Assembly (NCBI GenBank): GCA_029055435.1
Contig: JAIDDH010000091.1
Location: 10,024-74,023 of the forward strand
Length of the DNA: 64,000 nt
From: Acetatifactor sp.
GTDB taxonomy: Bacteria > Bacillota > Clostridia > Lachnospirales > Lachnospiraceae
Direction: 5' to 3'
Position 1 is the stretch's first letter; each line of letters begins with the position of its first letter. Below the pieces are notes generated by a model that made no database searches, was not told where the DNA came from, and saw only the letters and a program-made list of their open reading frames with translations. Shown here in pieces: positions 26,585 to 36,527 of the stretch. The translations under genes and the position numbers were made by a program.

Positions 26585-28075
26585 ATGAAGACGATACGGA
26601 AATTAGTGGAAATGATACGGCAGAAGATGCCCTTGAAGAGTCTGCGTCTGCGGATATTTGCCATTGTGCTGGTGGTGGGGCTTGTGCCCGGCCTCATCGT
26701 GGGCATGGGCATTGTACAAAATTATGAGGACCGTGCGGTGGAGCACCGCATATCCACGGTGCAGAATCAGCTCAAAATCGTGGCAAATCATCTGATCAGC
26801 AATGATTATATGGCGAATTACCGCTCGGAGGAACAGGTATACAGAAATTCCAGAGCTGTGGTGGATGCGGAGCTTGAGATGCTGTCCAATCTGTACGAGG
26901 GTCGTGTGATGATTATCAACAGCAATTTTAAGGTCGTGAAGGACACTTACGGTATCAGCCAGGGCAAAATCATGATCTCAGAGGAGGTTATCAAGTGTTT
27001 CCGGGGGGAAAGTCTCTCCAATTATGACCCGGAGCACGGTTATATAGAGATGACCACGCCCATCATGGACACCACGGCGAACTCCGGCGAGGAGGTGGTG
27101 AGCGGGGTTATGCTCACCAGCATCTCCAACGGAAGCATTGTGGCCATGATGGAGATGTTAAACCGTCGCGTGATGATTATTGAGACGCTTCTGGCTCTGG
27201 CAATTGTAGTCCTGGCCATCGTCCTGGCGGTGGTGATGACGAGGCCCTTCAACCGCATCACACAGGCCATTATGGACGTGAATTCCGGTTACAGTGACGA
27301 GAGTATCTCTGTGCCGGATTACGCGGAGACTGTGCATATCGTGGATGCCTTTAATCAGCTTCTGGCGCGCATGAGGGCGCTGGATCAGTCCAGACAGGAG
27401 TTTGTGGCCAATGTGTCCCATGAGCTCAAGACGCCTATGACTTCCATCAAAGTGCTGGCGGATTCTCTGCTGGTGGAGCAGGAGGTCCCGGCACAGCTCT
27501 ACCGGGAGTTCATGGAGGACATCGTGTCTGAGATTGACAGGGAAAACCGGATTATCACGGATTTGCTGGCGCTGGTGAAGATGGACAAAAAGGTGCAGGA
27601 TTTGAATATCACCTCCTTAAATATCAACGATTTGGTGGAACTGATTTTAAAGCGGCTGCGTCCCATTGCCCGAAAGAAGGATGTGGAGGTGGTCTTTGAG
27701 AGCATGCGTCCTGTGGTGGCGGAGGTGGACGAGGTCAAGATGACGCTGATCATGACCAATCTCGTAGAAAATTCCATCAAATACAATAAGGAGCATGGAT
27801 GGGTCAAGGTGGAACTGGATGCGGATCATCAGTTTTTCACCTTCAAGGTCAGCGATTCGGGGATCGGTATTCCGGAGGATGCGCTGGCTCACATCTGTGA
27901 ACGCTTTTACAGGGTGGATAAATCTCATTCCCGGGAAATCGGAGGCACAGGGCTGGGACTTGCCATCACCAAGAGCGCGGTGCTTCTGCACAGGGGGACT
28001 CTCACCATCAACAGTGTGGAGGGAGAGGGTTCCAGTTTTGTGGTGAAGATTCCGCTCATCTACATTGTGTCATAG
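26585..28075 (+). CDS. Sensor histidine kinase with extracytoplasmic sensor domain
   Basis: Two TM segments flank a roughly 150-aa loop. HAMP-like linker, H-box FVANVSHELKTPMT, N-box NLVENSIKYN, G-boxes DSGIGI and GTGLGLAI. Confidence 0.9.
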   Translation: MKTIRKLVEMIRQKMPLKSLRLRIFAIVLVVGLVPGLIVGMGIVQNYEDRAVEHRISTVQNQLKIVANHLISNDYMANYRSEEQVYRNSRAVVDAELEMLSNLYEGRVMIINSNFKVVKDTYGISQGKIMISEEVIKCFRGESLSNYDPEHGYIEMTTPIMDTTANSGEEVVSGVMLTSISNGSIVAMMEMLNRRVMIIETLLALAIVVLAIVLAVVMTRPFNRITQAIMDVNSGYSDESISVPDYAETVHIVDAFNQLLARMRALDQSRQEFVANVSHELKTPMTSIKVLADSLLVEQEVPAQLYREFMEDIVSEIDRENRIITDLLALVKMDKKVQDLNITSLNINDLVELILKRLRPIARKKDVEVVFESMRPVVAEVDEVKMTLIMTNLVENSIKYNKEHGWVKVELDADHQFFTFKVSDSGIGIPEDALAHICERFYRVDKSHSREIGGTGLGLAITKSAVLLHRGTLTINSVEGEGSSFVVKIPLIYIVS

Positions 28076-28105
28076 TGTTACGGCGAGGGAAAGGAATCAA
28101 ATACT

Positions 28106-29020
28106 ATGAAGAAACTGTTTGGAGTGCTTGGGTGCATTCTGTTTCTGGCAGGGCTTACGGCCTGCAGTGACGGAGAGCCTCAGGGCGCCGATATCTATCA
28201 GATTTATACAGTCAGTAATTCCGAGACCAAGGTGGAGGTTCATCCTCACAAAATGTTCGCCGTCGAAGAGGAGGCCATGCTGAATGAACTGGTGGGATGC
28301 CTTTCGACTTCGCCGGACAAGCTGGAGTACAAGGCGCCGCTTGCCATGGGCTTTGAGATACTCTCGCTGGATGTCTCTGACGGGAAACTGTCCATCGATG
28401 TGGACAGCGCTTATCTGAATCTTCCCGCGACCACGGAGGTGCTGGTACGCGCGGCTATTGTGAGGACGCTGACGCAGCTTCCAAATGTGCGTTATGTGGG
28501 AATCACAGTGGAGGGAAATCAGCTCTTTGACAATGCCGGAGATGTGGTGGGGCTCATGAGTGCCGATCTGTTCATTGACAATGATGGCAATGAGATCAAT
28601 ACCTATGAGCTGACCCGGGTGCGGCTGTATTTTGCCAACGCGGAGGGGGATAAGCTGATCGGGGCATACAGGGAGAAATATTACTCCACCAATATACCAA
28701 AGGAGCGCTTCGTGGTGGAGGAGCTGATCGCGGGCCCAAGCGGAAAGGTGGAGGGACTATATCCTTCTATCAACCCAGAGGTCAAGATTGTCAGCGTCAC
28801 GACGCAGGACGGAGTCTGTTATGTCAATCTGGATTCCAGTTTTCTCACCGTGGTAAACAATGTGTCCACAGAGCTGTCCATTTACTCCATCGTCAATTCT
28901 CTGGTGGAGCTGAGTAATGTCAACAGAGTGCAGATACTGGTAAACGGCGAGGTGCCTGCCAGCTTTGGAAGCTCGGCTTTCGAGCGTAATCTGGACTATG
29001 TCACCACGCTGGAGCAATAG
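28106..29020 (+). CDS. GerMN-domain lipoprotein (germination protein M-like)
   Basis: Lipobox LAGLTAC. Two GerMN-like repeats (..LSIDVDSAYLNL..VLVRAAIVRTLTQLPNV..; ..CYVNLDSSFL..SIVNSLVEL.NVNRVQILVNGE). Confidence 0.8.
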   Translation: MKKLFGVLGCILFLAGLTACSDGEPQGADIYQIYTVSNSETKVEVHPHKMFAVEEEAMLNELVGCLSTSPDKLEYKAPLAMGFEILSLDVSDGKLSIDVDSAYLNLPATTEVLVRAAIVRTLTQLPNVRYVGITVEGNQLFDNAGDVVGLMSADLFIDNDGNEINTYELTRVRLYFANAEGDKLIGAYREKYYSTNIPKERFVVEELIAGPSGKVEGLYPSINPEVKIVSVTTQDGVCYVNLDSSFLTVVNNVSTELSIYSIVNSLVELSNVNRVQILVNGEVPASFGSSAFERNLDYVTTLEQ

Positions 29021-29069
29021 CTTTCTGATAAATTCAGTTAAAAAATAAAAATAAGACAGGAGATATGTT

Positions 29070-31445
29070 ATGCGCAGACCTTTATTTGTCTGCTCCTTCT
29101 GTCTGGTGTTTCTCATGGCTGTCAGATATGCCTGTCTGCCCGCTTCTGCGGGGGGCGGGCCGCCTGACGGCACAGACATCATATTGACCGGGCAGGTCTG
29201 TCAGAAGGACGACAATTCATTTGTCATCAAGATTCAGGAAAGTATTATTCAGGAAAGCAATATTCTAAATTTAACAATTCAAAATGACGCCGCGGTTCTG
29301 CGGCAGGGTAATCCATCAGAAAATTCATTAGAAAATTTAACAGAAGATATAACAGAAAATTTGACGCAGTCCATGGCAGGGAGCAGATTATTGTGTGAAT
29401 ATGAGGCCTCGGAGGAACTGATACTGGACGCTTCGGTGGCGTTGCAGGGGAAATTTTACGCCTTTTCTCCGGCCACAAATCCGGGAGAATTCGATTATGC
29501 CCGCTATTATCACTCTATGGGATATGAGGGGAGATTGAAGCAGGTGAAGTTCATCGGGACGGCCGCGCAGAAGCCCGGGATTCGGGAGGGACTTTATCGG
29601 CTACGCTGTTTCTGGGAGGAGAGGCTTTATCAGATTTTCCCGGAGAAAGAAGCCTCCGTCATGGCGGCTGTTTTGCTGGGGGACAAGGCCGGGGTGGACG
29701 CGGATTTGAAGGCTCTCTATCAAAAAAACGGTATCATCCATATTTTGAGCATCTCGGGGCTGCATATTACTCTGATTGGCATGGGGCTGTATAAAATACT
29801 GCGGAGAGCAGGTGTGTCGGTGTGGTGCGCCGCGGCAGGAGGAGCCATATTCCTGATTTTATATGGTGTCATGACCGGGCTGGGAGTGTCCGCCTGCCGC
29901 GCCATCGGTATGTATCTGCTGCGTATGCTGGCACAGTTGCTGGGCAGAACTTACGATATGCTCACGGCCATCGGCGTGACGGCGGTGTGCATGGTATGCC
30001 TGCATCCCGCATGGCTGGAGCACATGGGCTTTTTGTTGTCCTATGGCTCTGTTCTGGGAGTGGGAATACTTTTGCCCGCACTGGCTGAATCGGGGGAGGA
30101 GGCTCCCAGAGTCAAGCGTTATATAGAAGAAAAATGGAAGCGGCGGCTGGTGAGTCTGTACGGCAGGCTGTGGCGGGGCCTGCGGCAGAGTCTGCTGGCC
30201 GGAATTTCCATCACGCTTACGACGCTTCCCATACAACTGTGGTTTGCTTACGAGATACCGGTCTATTCCATACTGTTGAATGTACTGGTACTGCCTTTTA
30301 TGAGTGTGGTGATGGCAACAGGTTTGTTTGCCATGCTGATTCCGGGGATGGGATTTGTGGGGACTGTAGATGTGCTGATTCTCGCAGGATATGAAAAGCT
30401 CTGTGCATGGTTTGGAAGACTGCCCCATCCGATGTGGAATCCGGGGCGGCCCGAGGTCTGGCAGATAGCGGTTTATTACCTGTTGTGGGCCGCGGTGGTG
30501 TGCTGTGCGGAGCTGAGCAGACAGCGCGGGAGGAAATCCGTGCAGAAATGTATGCAGTTTGTGCTGCTTGGTGCGGCGGTTCTGGTGTTGGGACTTTCGG
30601 GAAGATGCGGCGACAGAGTCACGTTTCTGGATGTGGGGCAGGGGGATTGTATCTGCGTGCAGCTTTCCTCCGGGGAGGTGTATTTATTTGACTGCGGGAG
30701 CAGCAGCCGCAGCCGTATAGGGGAGCGGGTGCTGATACCTTTCCTGAAGTATTATGGCATCGGAAAAATTGACGCGGTCTTTGTCTCCCACGGGGATCAG
30801 GATCACATGAACGGCATTGTAGAACTCCTGAATTTAAGGGAACAGGAACATATCGAGGTGGGCGGACTGGTGCTGCCCGGCATCGACAGAAGTCTGTGGA
30901 ATGAAGAATTCGGAGAGCTTCTGGAGGCGGCAAAAGGAACTGCCGGACAGCGGGAAATCCCGGTGAGTGTCATACGGGCGGGAGAGAGCTGGACGGGCGG
31001 ACGGCAGGGGGAGGATTGTTTCCTGTGTCTGCACCCTTCGGCGGAAGGGGATGGCGGGGGAGGCAATGAGGGCTCTGCGTGTTATTACATAGAGCTGCAG
31101 GAGGGGGAGCGCAGAATCTCTTTGATGCTCACGGGAGATGTGGAAGGAGAGGGAGAGCGGGAACTGCTCCGGGAACTGCAAAATCAGGGTATCCGGGATG
31201 TTACGCTGTTGAAGGCAGCCCATCACGGCTCCCGTAATTCCACGAAGGAGGAGCTTCTGGAGCAGCTTTCGCCTGCCCTTGCCGTGATTTCCTGCGGCAG
31301 AAGCAATCGCTACGGACATCCTCACCCGGAGCTGCTGCAGCGGCTTTTAGAGTGCGATACGCAAATCCTGCAGACGCCGCAGTCCGGGGCAGTCACGCTG
31401 CTTTTGCAGTCTGACGAAGTCATGCTGACCGTGCAGTCCCCCTGA
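29070..31445 (+). CDS. comEC: DNA internalization-related competence protein ComEC/Rec2
   Basis: 791 aa. Polytopic competence domain (..GIIHILSISGLHI..) and C-terminal metallo-beta-lactamase domain (..VSHGDQDHMNG.., ..AAHHGS..). Confidence 0.9.
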   Translation: MRRPLFVCSFCLVFLMAVRYACLPASAGGGPPDGTDIILTGQVCQKDDNSFVIKIQESIIQESNILNLTIQNDAAVLRQGNPSENSLENLTEDITENLTQSMAGSRLLCEYEASEELILDASVALQGKFYAFSPATNPGEFDYARYYHSMGYEGRLKQVKFIGTAAQKPGIREGLYRLRCFWEERLYQIFPEKEASVMAAVLLGDKAGVDADLKALYQKNGIIHILSISGLHITLIGMGLYKILRRAGVSVWCAAAGGAIFLILYGVMTGLGVSACRAIGMYLLRMLAQLLGRTYDMLTAIGVTAVCMVCLHPAWLEHMGFLLSYGSVLGVGILLPALAESGEEAPRVKRYIEEKWKRRLVSLYGRLWRGLRQSLLAGISITLTTLPIQLWFAYEIPVYSILLNVLVLPFMSVVMATGLFAMLIPGMGFVGTVDVLILAGYEKLCAWFGRLPHPMWNPGRPEVWQIAVYYLLWAAVVCCAELSRQRGRKSVQKCMQFVLLGAAVLVLGLSGRCGDRVTFLDVGQGDCICVQLSSGEVYLFDCGSSSRSRIGERVLIPFLKYYGIGKIDAVFVSHGDQDHMNGIVELLNLREQEHIEVGGLVLPGIDRSLWNEEFGELLEAAKGTAGQREIPVSVIRAGESWTGGRQGEDCFLCLHPSAEGDGGGGNEGSACYYIELQEGERRISLMLTGDVEGEGERELLRELQNQGIRDVTLLKAAHHGSRNSTKEELLEQLSPALAVISCGRSNRYGHPHPELLQRLLECDTQILQTPQSGAVTLLLQSDEVMLTVQSP

Positions 31446-31539
31446 CATATTACTTTTGACGAGTACAGTATATGCAAAGGAATTGCAATTGTCCGCTTAA
31501 CCATTTAAAATAGAAACATATGTGGAGGGAGATCGTCAA

Positions 31540-32232
31540 ATGAAGATTTTGTTGGTAGAAGATGATATTGAAATCAGCGATATGTTAAAAAACTTTCTGA
31601 TGACAGAAAATTATGAAGTAACGACAGCTTTTGACGGAGAAAGCGCCTGTCAGGAATTTTTTGCGGATGATTACAGTCTGGTATTGCTTGACCTGATGAT
31701 ACCGAAAAAAAGCGGAATGGAAGTTATGAAAGAAATCCGGGAAAAGAATACTGTGCCTATTATTATCCTATCCGCCAAAGATACGGATTCTGATAAAACA
31801 TTAGGCTTGGGTCTGGGGGCAGATGATTATATTACGAAGCCATTTTCGGTTACGGAAGTATTGGCAAGAATAAAAGCCAACATCAGGAGAAATACACAGT
31901 ATGCGGTACAATCCGCCAAAGAGGAAAGTGTTCTTAAATGCGGCAGCCTTGTCGTGAATACAAACGACTATTCTGTATTAAAAAATGGGACAAGGATTGA
32001 ATTAACGGCGAAAGAATTTGAGATTTTAAAGCTTCTGATGAAAAACCCCCAAAAAGTCTATACCAAAGAGCAGCTATATTCCCAAGTCTGGAATGACGCT
32101 TATTTTGGAGATGAGAATGCTGTAAATGTCCATATCAGCAGACTGCGCAACAAAATAGAGGATAATCCCCGCAATCCGCAGATTGTAGTTACCGTCTGGG
32201 GTATAGGGTACAAGTTGGGGGACGTGGAATGA
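31540..32232 (+). CDS. OmpR-family response regulator (AT-rich island)
   Basis: MKILLVEDDIEI.., ..LVLLDLMIPKKSGM.., ..VWGIGYKL. ATG 31540 follows GGAGGGAG. Confidence 0.9.
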   Translation: MKILLVEDDIEISDMLKNFLMTENYEVTTAFDGESACQEFFADDYSLVLLDLMIPKKSGMEVMKEIREKNTVPIIILSAKDTDSDKTLGLGLGADDYITKPFSVTEVLARIKANIRRNTQYAVQSAKEESVLKCGSLVVNTNDYSVLKNGTRIELTAKEFEILKLLMKNPQKVYTKEQLYSQVWNDAYFGDENAVNVHISRLRNKIEDNPRNPQIVVTVWGIGYKLGDVE

Positions 32233-33167
32233 GCGATGGAGCAATACTATTTATTTTGATATGTGTCATAATCATATTACTGTTTATCGTTTTATATCAG
32301 CAGTTTATCTACACGAAAGGCATACAGGCTAAGTTAAAAAAGATCACCAGGGAACTGTCTGATATTGTAGAAAGTGACAGCGATCAAAAGGTTATGGTAT
32401 TTACGGACAACAAGACGCTTATGGATTTAAGCGGACAGATCAACCGATTACTGCAGGATAGACAGAAGATAAAGAGCGATTTCAGGAAACAGGAGATTTC
32501 GTCTAAAAAAATGCTTTCTAACATATCGCATGATATAAAAACGCCTTTGACAGTCATCTTAGGATATCTTGAAATAATGCGCCTGAACAATGCAGATGAC
32601 GAAACATTACAGAAAGTGGAAGCAAAGGCGGGACAGGTTATGGAGCTTATCAATCAGTTTTTTACACTGGCGAAACTGGAAGCCGGTGATATGAATATAG
32701 AAATCAGCAGAATCAATATCAGCGAGTCGTGCAGGGAGAGCATATTGGGTTTTTATGATATCCTGTGCGGAAAAGATTTTATCGTAGATATATCCATTCC
32801 GGAAAACGATATTTTCGTGCAGGGGGAAAAGGCGGCTATTGACAGGATTCTGTCCAATTTAATATCCAATGCGGTGCGTTATGGAAGCGACGGAAAATAC
32901 ATAGGCCTTACATTGCGGGAAAACGAAGATTATGTGTATATTGACGTAACGGATAAAGGAAAAGGAATCGAGAAAGAGTTTGCCCTAAATGTCTTTGAAC
33001 GGTTATATACAATGGAGGATTCCCGAAACCGCAGGATACAGGGAAATGGATTAGGGCTTACAATTGCCAAAAATCTTGCCAATCAGTTAGGGGGAGATAT
33101 TCTCTTAGACAGCGAGCCGAATGTAAAAACAACATTCACGGTAAAATTGAGGAAATTTAAATACTGA
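32229..33167 (+). CDS. Intramembrane-sensing-type histidine kinase (single N-terminal TM, no sensor loop)
   Basis: 312 aa. H-box LSNISHDIKTPLT, N-box LISNAVRYG, G-boxes DKGKGI and GNGLGLTI. ATGA overlap with the response regulator gene. Confidence 0.85.
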   Translation: MSDGAILFILICVIIILLFIVLYQQFIYTKGIQAKLKKITRELSDIVESDSDQKVMVFTDNKTLMDLSGQINRLLQDRQKIKSDFRKQEISSKKMLSNISHDIKTPLTVILGYLEIMRLNNADDETLQKVEAKAGQVMELINQFFTLAKLEAGDMNIEISRINISESCRESILGFYDILCGKDFIVDISIPENDIFVQGEKAAIDRILSNLISNAVRYGSDGKYIGLTLRENEDYVYIDVTDKGKGIEKEFALNVFERLYTMEDSRNRRIQGNGLGLTIAKNLANQLGGDILLDSEPNVKTTFTVKLRKFKY

Positions 33168-33286
33168 AATCAGCACTAAAATTTATCACGAAAGAAATTT
33201 GTAAGAATTAGTCAAGAGTTTTGAAAACCTTGACTGCTACAATAGATTTCAAGAGCGGAACATGCTCTCGAAAGGAGGCAGTCAAT

Positions 33287-34204
33287 ATGCCATACATTTT
33301 ACAGACAAATCATCTCACAAAAACGATTGACGGCAAGGAATTGATCAAAGGCGTAAATATCCATGTGAAAAAGGGGGAAATATACGGATTTTTGGGGCCG
33401 AACGGGGCGGGCAAAACCACGGTGATGAAAATGATTACGAACCTTTGGAAACCGACGGAAGGTACGGTTGAACTTTTTGGGGAAACTCTTACGCCGACTT
33501 CCTATGAGGTTTTAAAAAGAATGGGGAGTATCATTGAATTTCCCACATTTTATGACCATTTAAGCGGAAAAGAAAACCTGCGGCTTCATTGTGAGTACAT
33601 GGGGTACTACAATCCCGGAAGTGTGGAAAACGCTCTTGAAATGCTGGAACTGACCGAAGCGGCGGAAAAGTCTGTCAAACAGTATTCGTTAGGCATGAGA
33701 CAGCGGTTAGGCATTGCCCGCGCAATCTTGTGCAAGCCGGAACTGCTGGTACTTGATGAACCGACTAACGGACTTGACCCTGCCGGAATGAAGAAACTTC
33801 GGGATTTATTCAAAATGCTCTGTACAGAATACGGTATTACCATCCTTATATCCAGCCATATCCTTTCTGAAGTGGAAAGCATTGCTGATACAATCGGCAT
33901 CATCAATCATGGAAATATGATGAAGGAAATATCCATGAAAGAAATATCCGAGATGAATACGGCGTATATTGAACTTTCTACCCCCGATACCAGGAGGGCC
34001 GCATATGTACTGGCGGATAAATTGGAATTGAATAATTTCAAGATAATGGATGAACATAATATCCGCATCTATGACAGCCGGATTGCCACAAGCGACATAT
34101 CAAAGGCATTGTCGCTGAACGATGTGGAAATCAGTGCTATCGGTACAAAAGCGGAAAGTCTTGAGGATTATTTCTTAAAACTGACAGAGGAGGAGAGCAG
34201 ATAA
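33287..34204 (+). CDS. ABC transporter ATP-binding protein (BcrA-like, with C-terminal accessory domain)
   Basis: Walker A GPNGAGKTT, signature YSLGMRQR, Walker B LLVLDEPTNGLD, about 305 aa. ATG 33287 follows AGGAGG. Confidence 0.85.
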   Translation: MPYILQTNHLTKTIDGKELIKGVNIHVKKGEIYGFLGPNGAGKTTVMKMITNLWKPTEGTVELFGETLTPTSYEVLKRMGSIIEFPTFYDHLSGKENLRLHCEYMGYYNPGSVENALEMLELTEAAEKSVKQYSLGMRQRLGIARAILCKPELLVLDEPTNGLDPAGMKKLRDLFKMLCTEYGITILISSHILSEVESIADTIGIINHGNMMKEISMKEISEMNTAYIELSTPDTRRAAYVLADKLELNNFKIMDEHNIRIYDSRIATSDISKALSLNDVEISAIGTKAESLEDYFLKLTEEESR

Positions 34205-34893
34205 TGTTGAAGTTAATCAGACTTGAATGGAAAAAAAATAATATTATAAAATATGTGCGGAATGCCTTTGTCATGGCGGTTATCCTTTTGATATTTATTC
34301 TGGCGGTTGCAGGAGAGCTTGAAGCCGATGAGACAAAGCTTGCATATGGAAATAGTATGTTAAAGTCAGGGGTTGAATTATTCACAAATATGTGCGCTAT
34401 TGTTTTTACAAGCACCATGTTAGCCTCATTTATCGTCAGCGCCTACAAAAATAAAACGATGAATTTAATGTTCTCCTACCCGATCAGCCGAAAGAAAATA
34501 CTATTATCACAGATGTTGTCCGTTTGGATTTTTAATTTTGCCGTATTGGTCTTAACTAAAGTGCTGCTTTATTCTATACTTGTAATGACGAAAGAATATA
34601 TGCTTATAACGGCTGCAAATATTGCGTTGGGAAGCGCCATGTTTTATATTGAAATACTTGTGAATTCGGCGGTAATGGTAAGCATAAGTTTTATCGGGCT
34701 GCCGATCGGATTAAGAATGAAGTCCTCCAAAGCGACAATCATTGCCGGAGTTATCATCGTGTGTTTTACACAGGGGAATATCGGGGAGTATACATTGCTT
34801 GACAATATGCCTTTTCATATAACCTTGTTGATAATATCCGCGGTCGCTGTCTTTCTTACACTCTATAAATTAGAAACAAGGGATGTCTTATAA
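34204..34893 (+). CDS. ABC-2 type permease (BcrB / lantibiotic-immunity-like)
   Basis: 229 aa with 6 TM segments. TAATG overlap with the ATPase gene. Family assigned from context and topology only. Confidence 0.6.
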   Translation: MLKLIRLEWKKNNIIKYVRNAFVMAVILLIFILAVAGELEADETKLAYGNSMLKSGVELFTNMCAIVFTSTMLASFIVSAYKNKTMNLMFSYPISRKKILLSQMLSVWIFNFAVLVLTKVLLYSILVMTKEYMLITAANIALGSAMFYIEILVNSAVMVSISFIGLPIGLRMKSSKATIIAGVIIVCFTQGNIGEYTLLDNMPFHITLLIISAVAVFLTLYKLETRDVL

Positions 34894-34899
34894 AATTTT

Positions 34900-35895
34900 T
34901 CAGTATTCCTCTGCCTTGTCCTTCAGCACGGACAGAATCAATACTTCTACACTCATGCGGTCGTTCATGCGGCCGCTTTTTACTGCTTCCTCGGCTTCCA
35001 CGCACTGTTCCACGGCATTGCGCAGCACGGCGGTCTTGAAGCGGCCCGCCTGGGTGATATATTTGCCTGCGATGAATGGGGGGACTCCGATTTTGGGCGC
35101 AATGGCCTTGCTGTCATAGCCCCGGCTGCGCAGCTCTTTTACCTGCAGCAATGTGTTGCACTGGCGGGCGATGAGAAAGAGGATGCGCATAGGCGGCTCC
35201 TTCAGTGCCAGCAGATCATAGTAGAGCTGCAGTGCCTGACGGGTATTGCCCGCGGCGATGGCATTGATCATGTCAAAAATATGATTGCTTATGCGATTGG
35301 TGCAGATTGCCTCCACATCCTCGGCGGTGACCACCTCCCGGTCCATGCAGTAGCAAATCAGCTTTTCCAGCTCTGTCTGGATATTGTCCATGTCCGTCCC
35401 GGTCTTTTGCAGAAAAAGCTGCACGGTGTTCTCCGTGATTTTCTTGCCCTCTTTCCCAAGGATACCGGCAATCCAGCGTTTCAGGGTCTGTTCATCCTGC
35501 ACGGAAAATTCCGCAGCATGCCCCAGAGACTGCACAGCCTTAAAGAGCTTGCTGCGCTTGTCCACCTCGCTCTCTGTAAAGACAAAAAAGCAGCTCTCAC
35601 AGGGGGAGCCTAAGTATTCGGCAAGCTTTTCGCCGCCGGATTTAAAGAGTCCGCTGTCGGAGATAAAGATTACCCGGCGCTGCGCCAGAAAGGGCATGGT
35701 CTCTGCGAGGTCGATGATCTCACCCACAGGAACATCTTTTCCGGTATAGAAATGTGTATTCATTTGGTCGTCTGCGGCACACAGGGCGCTGCGGAGGCGG
35801 TCGGTATACTGTCTCTTCAGATAGCGCTCCTCCCCATACAGGAGATAAGCCTGTTTGAAAGTATGCTCTTTGATATCGTTTTGAATATGCTGCAT
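34900..35895 (-). CDS. holA: DNA polymerase III subunit delta
   Basis: 331 aa. ..AYLLYGEERYLK.., and a C-terminal domain ..LALKEPPMRILFLIARQ.. typical of HolA. Confidence 0.85.
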   Translation of the reverse strand: MQHIQNDIKEHTFKQAYLLYGEERYLKRQYTDRLRSALCAADDQMNTHFYTGKDVPVGEIIDLAETMPFLAQRRVIFISDSGLFKSGGEKLAEYLGSPCESCFFVFTESEVDKRSKLFKAVQSLGHAAEFSVQDEQTLKRWIAGILGKEGKKITENTVQLFLQKTGTDMDNIQTELEKLICYCMDREVVTAEDVEAICTNRISNHIFDMINAIAAGNTRQALQLYYDLLALKEPPMRILFLIARQCNTLLQVKELRSRGYDSKAIAPKIGVPPFIAGKYITQAGRFKTAVLRNAVEQCVEAEEAVKSGRMNDRMSVEVLILSVLKDKAEEY

Positions 35896-36026
35896 GAAAA
35901 TCCTCGCTTTTTATTTCATATACCTTATTATACTCCGTAAAAAGTTTTTTTGCACTATTGAGATTGCAGGGCGCTTATGATACTATTAACATGGTTATAG
36001 TTTACAAGACGAAGGAGAATGAAGAG

Positions 36027-36461
36027 ATGGCTAAGGACAAAGGTTTTATCAGCGAATTCAAGAAATTTATCCTGCGCGGCAATGTGATGGACATGGCAGT
36101 GGGTGTCATTGTCGGCGGTGCGTTTACCTCGATTGTGACTTCCCTGAATCAGGATATTCTGACGCCGGTTCTTGGAATTTTCGGTGGTATAGATTTCAGT
36201 AGTCTGAAAGTGGCGCTGGGCAGCGGAGAGAATGCGCCTGTGCTCTGCTATGGTAATTTTATAACCGCAGTCATCAATTTCCTGATTACGGCGTTTGTGA
36301 TTTTTTGTCTGGTGAGAGGCATCAATGCACTCAATGACCGGTTCAGTCATAAGCCTGCACCTGCGGCTCCCACCACGAAAAAGTGCCCTTTTTGCAAGAG
36401 CGAGATTGCCATAGACGCCACCAGATGTCCTCACTGTACCTCTGAGCTGGACGGGCAGTAG
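36027..36461 (+). CDS. mscL: Large-conductance mechanosensitive channel with C-terminal zinc-ribbon tail
   Basis: MAKDKGFISEFKKFILRGNVMDMAVGVIVGGAF..INFLITAFVIF.. is the MscL core. The tail is KKCPFCKSEIAIDATRCPHCTSEL (CxxC-N12-CxxC). Confidence 0.85.
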   Translation: MAKDKGFISEFKKFILRGNVMDMAVGVIVGGAFTSIVTSLNQDILTPVLGIFGGIDFSSLKVALGSGENAPVLCYGNFITAVINFLITAFVIFCLVRGINALNDRFSHKPAPAAPTTKKCPFCKSEIAIDATRCPHCTSELDGQ

Positions 36462-36527
36462 GTCAGCAGGGCAGACGATAACAAGATAAGCAACGGCAAG
36501 ACAGATGACAATAAGACAGGTAACAAT

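Noticed and set aside
36462-36527. Purine-rich G(A/G)T(A/G)ACAA repeats between mscL and the TPR gene
   Set aside because: These are short, degenerate, low-complexity repeats with no palindromic or phased structure, and are probably compositional noise in the spacer.
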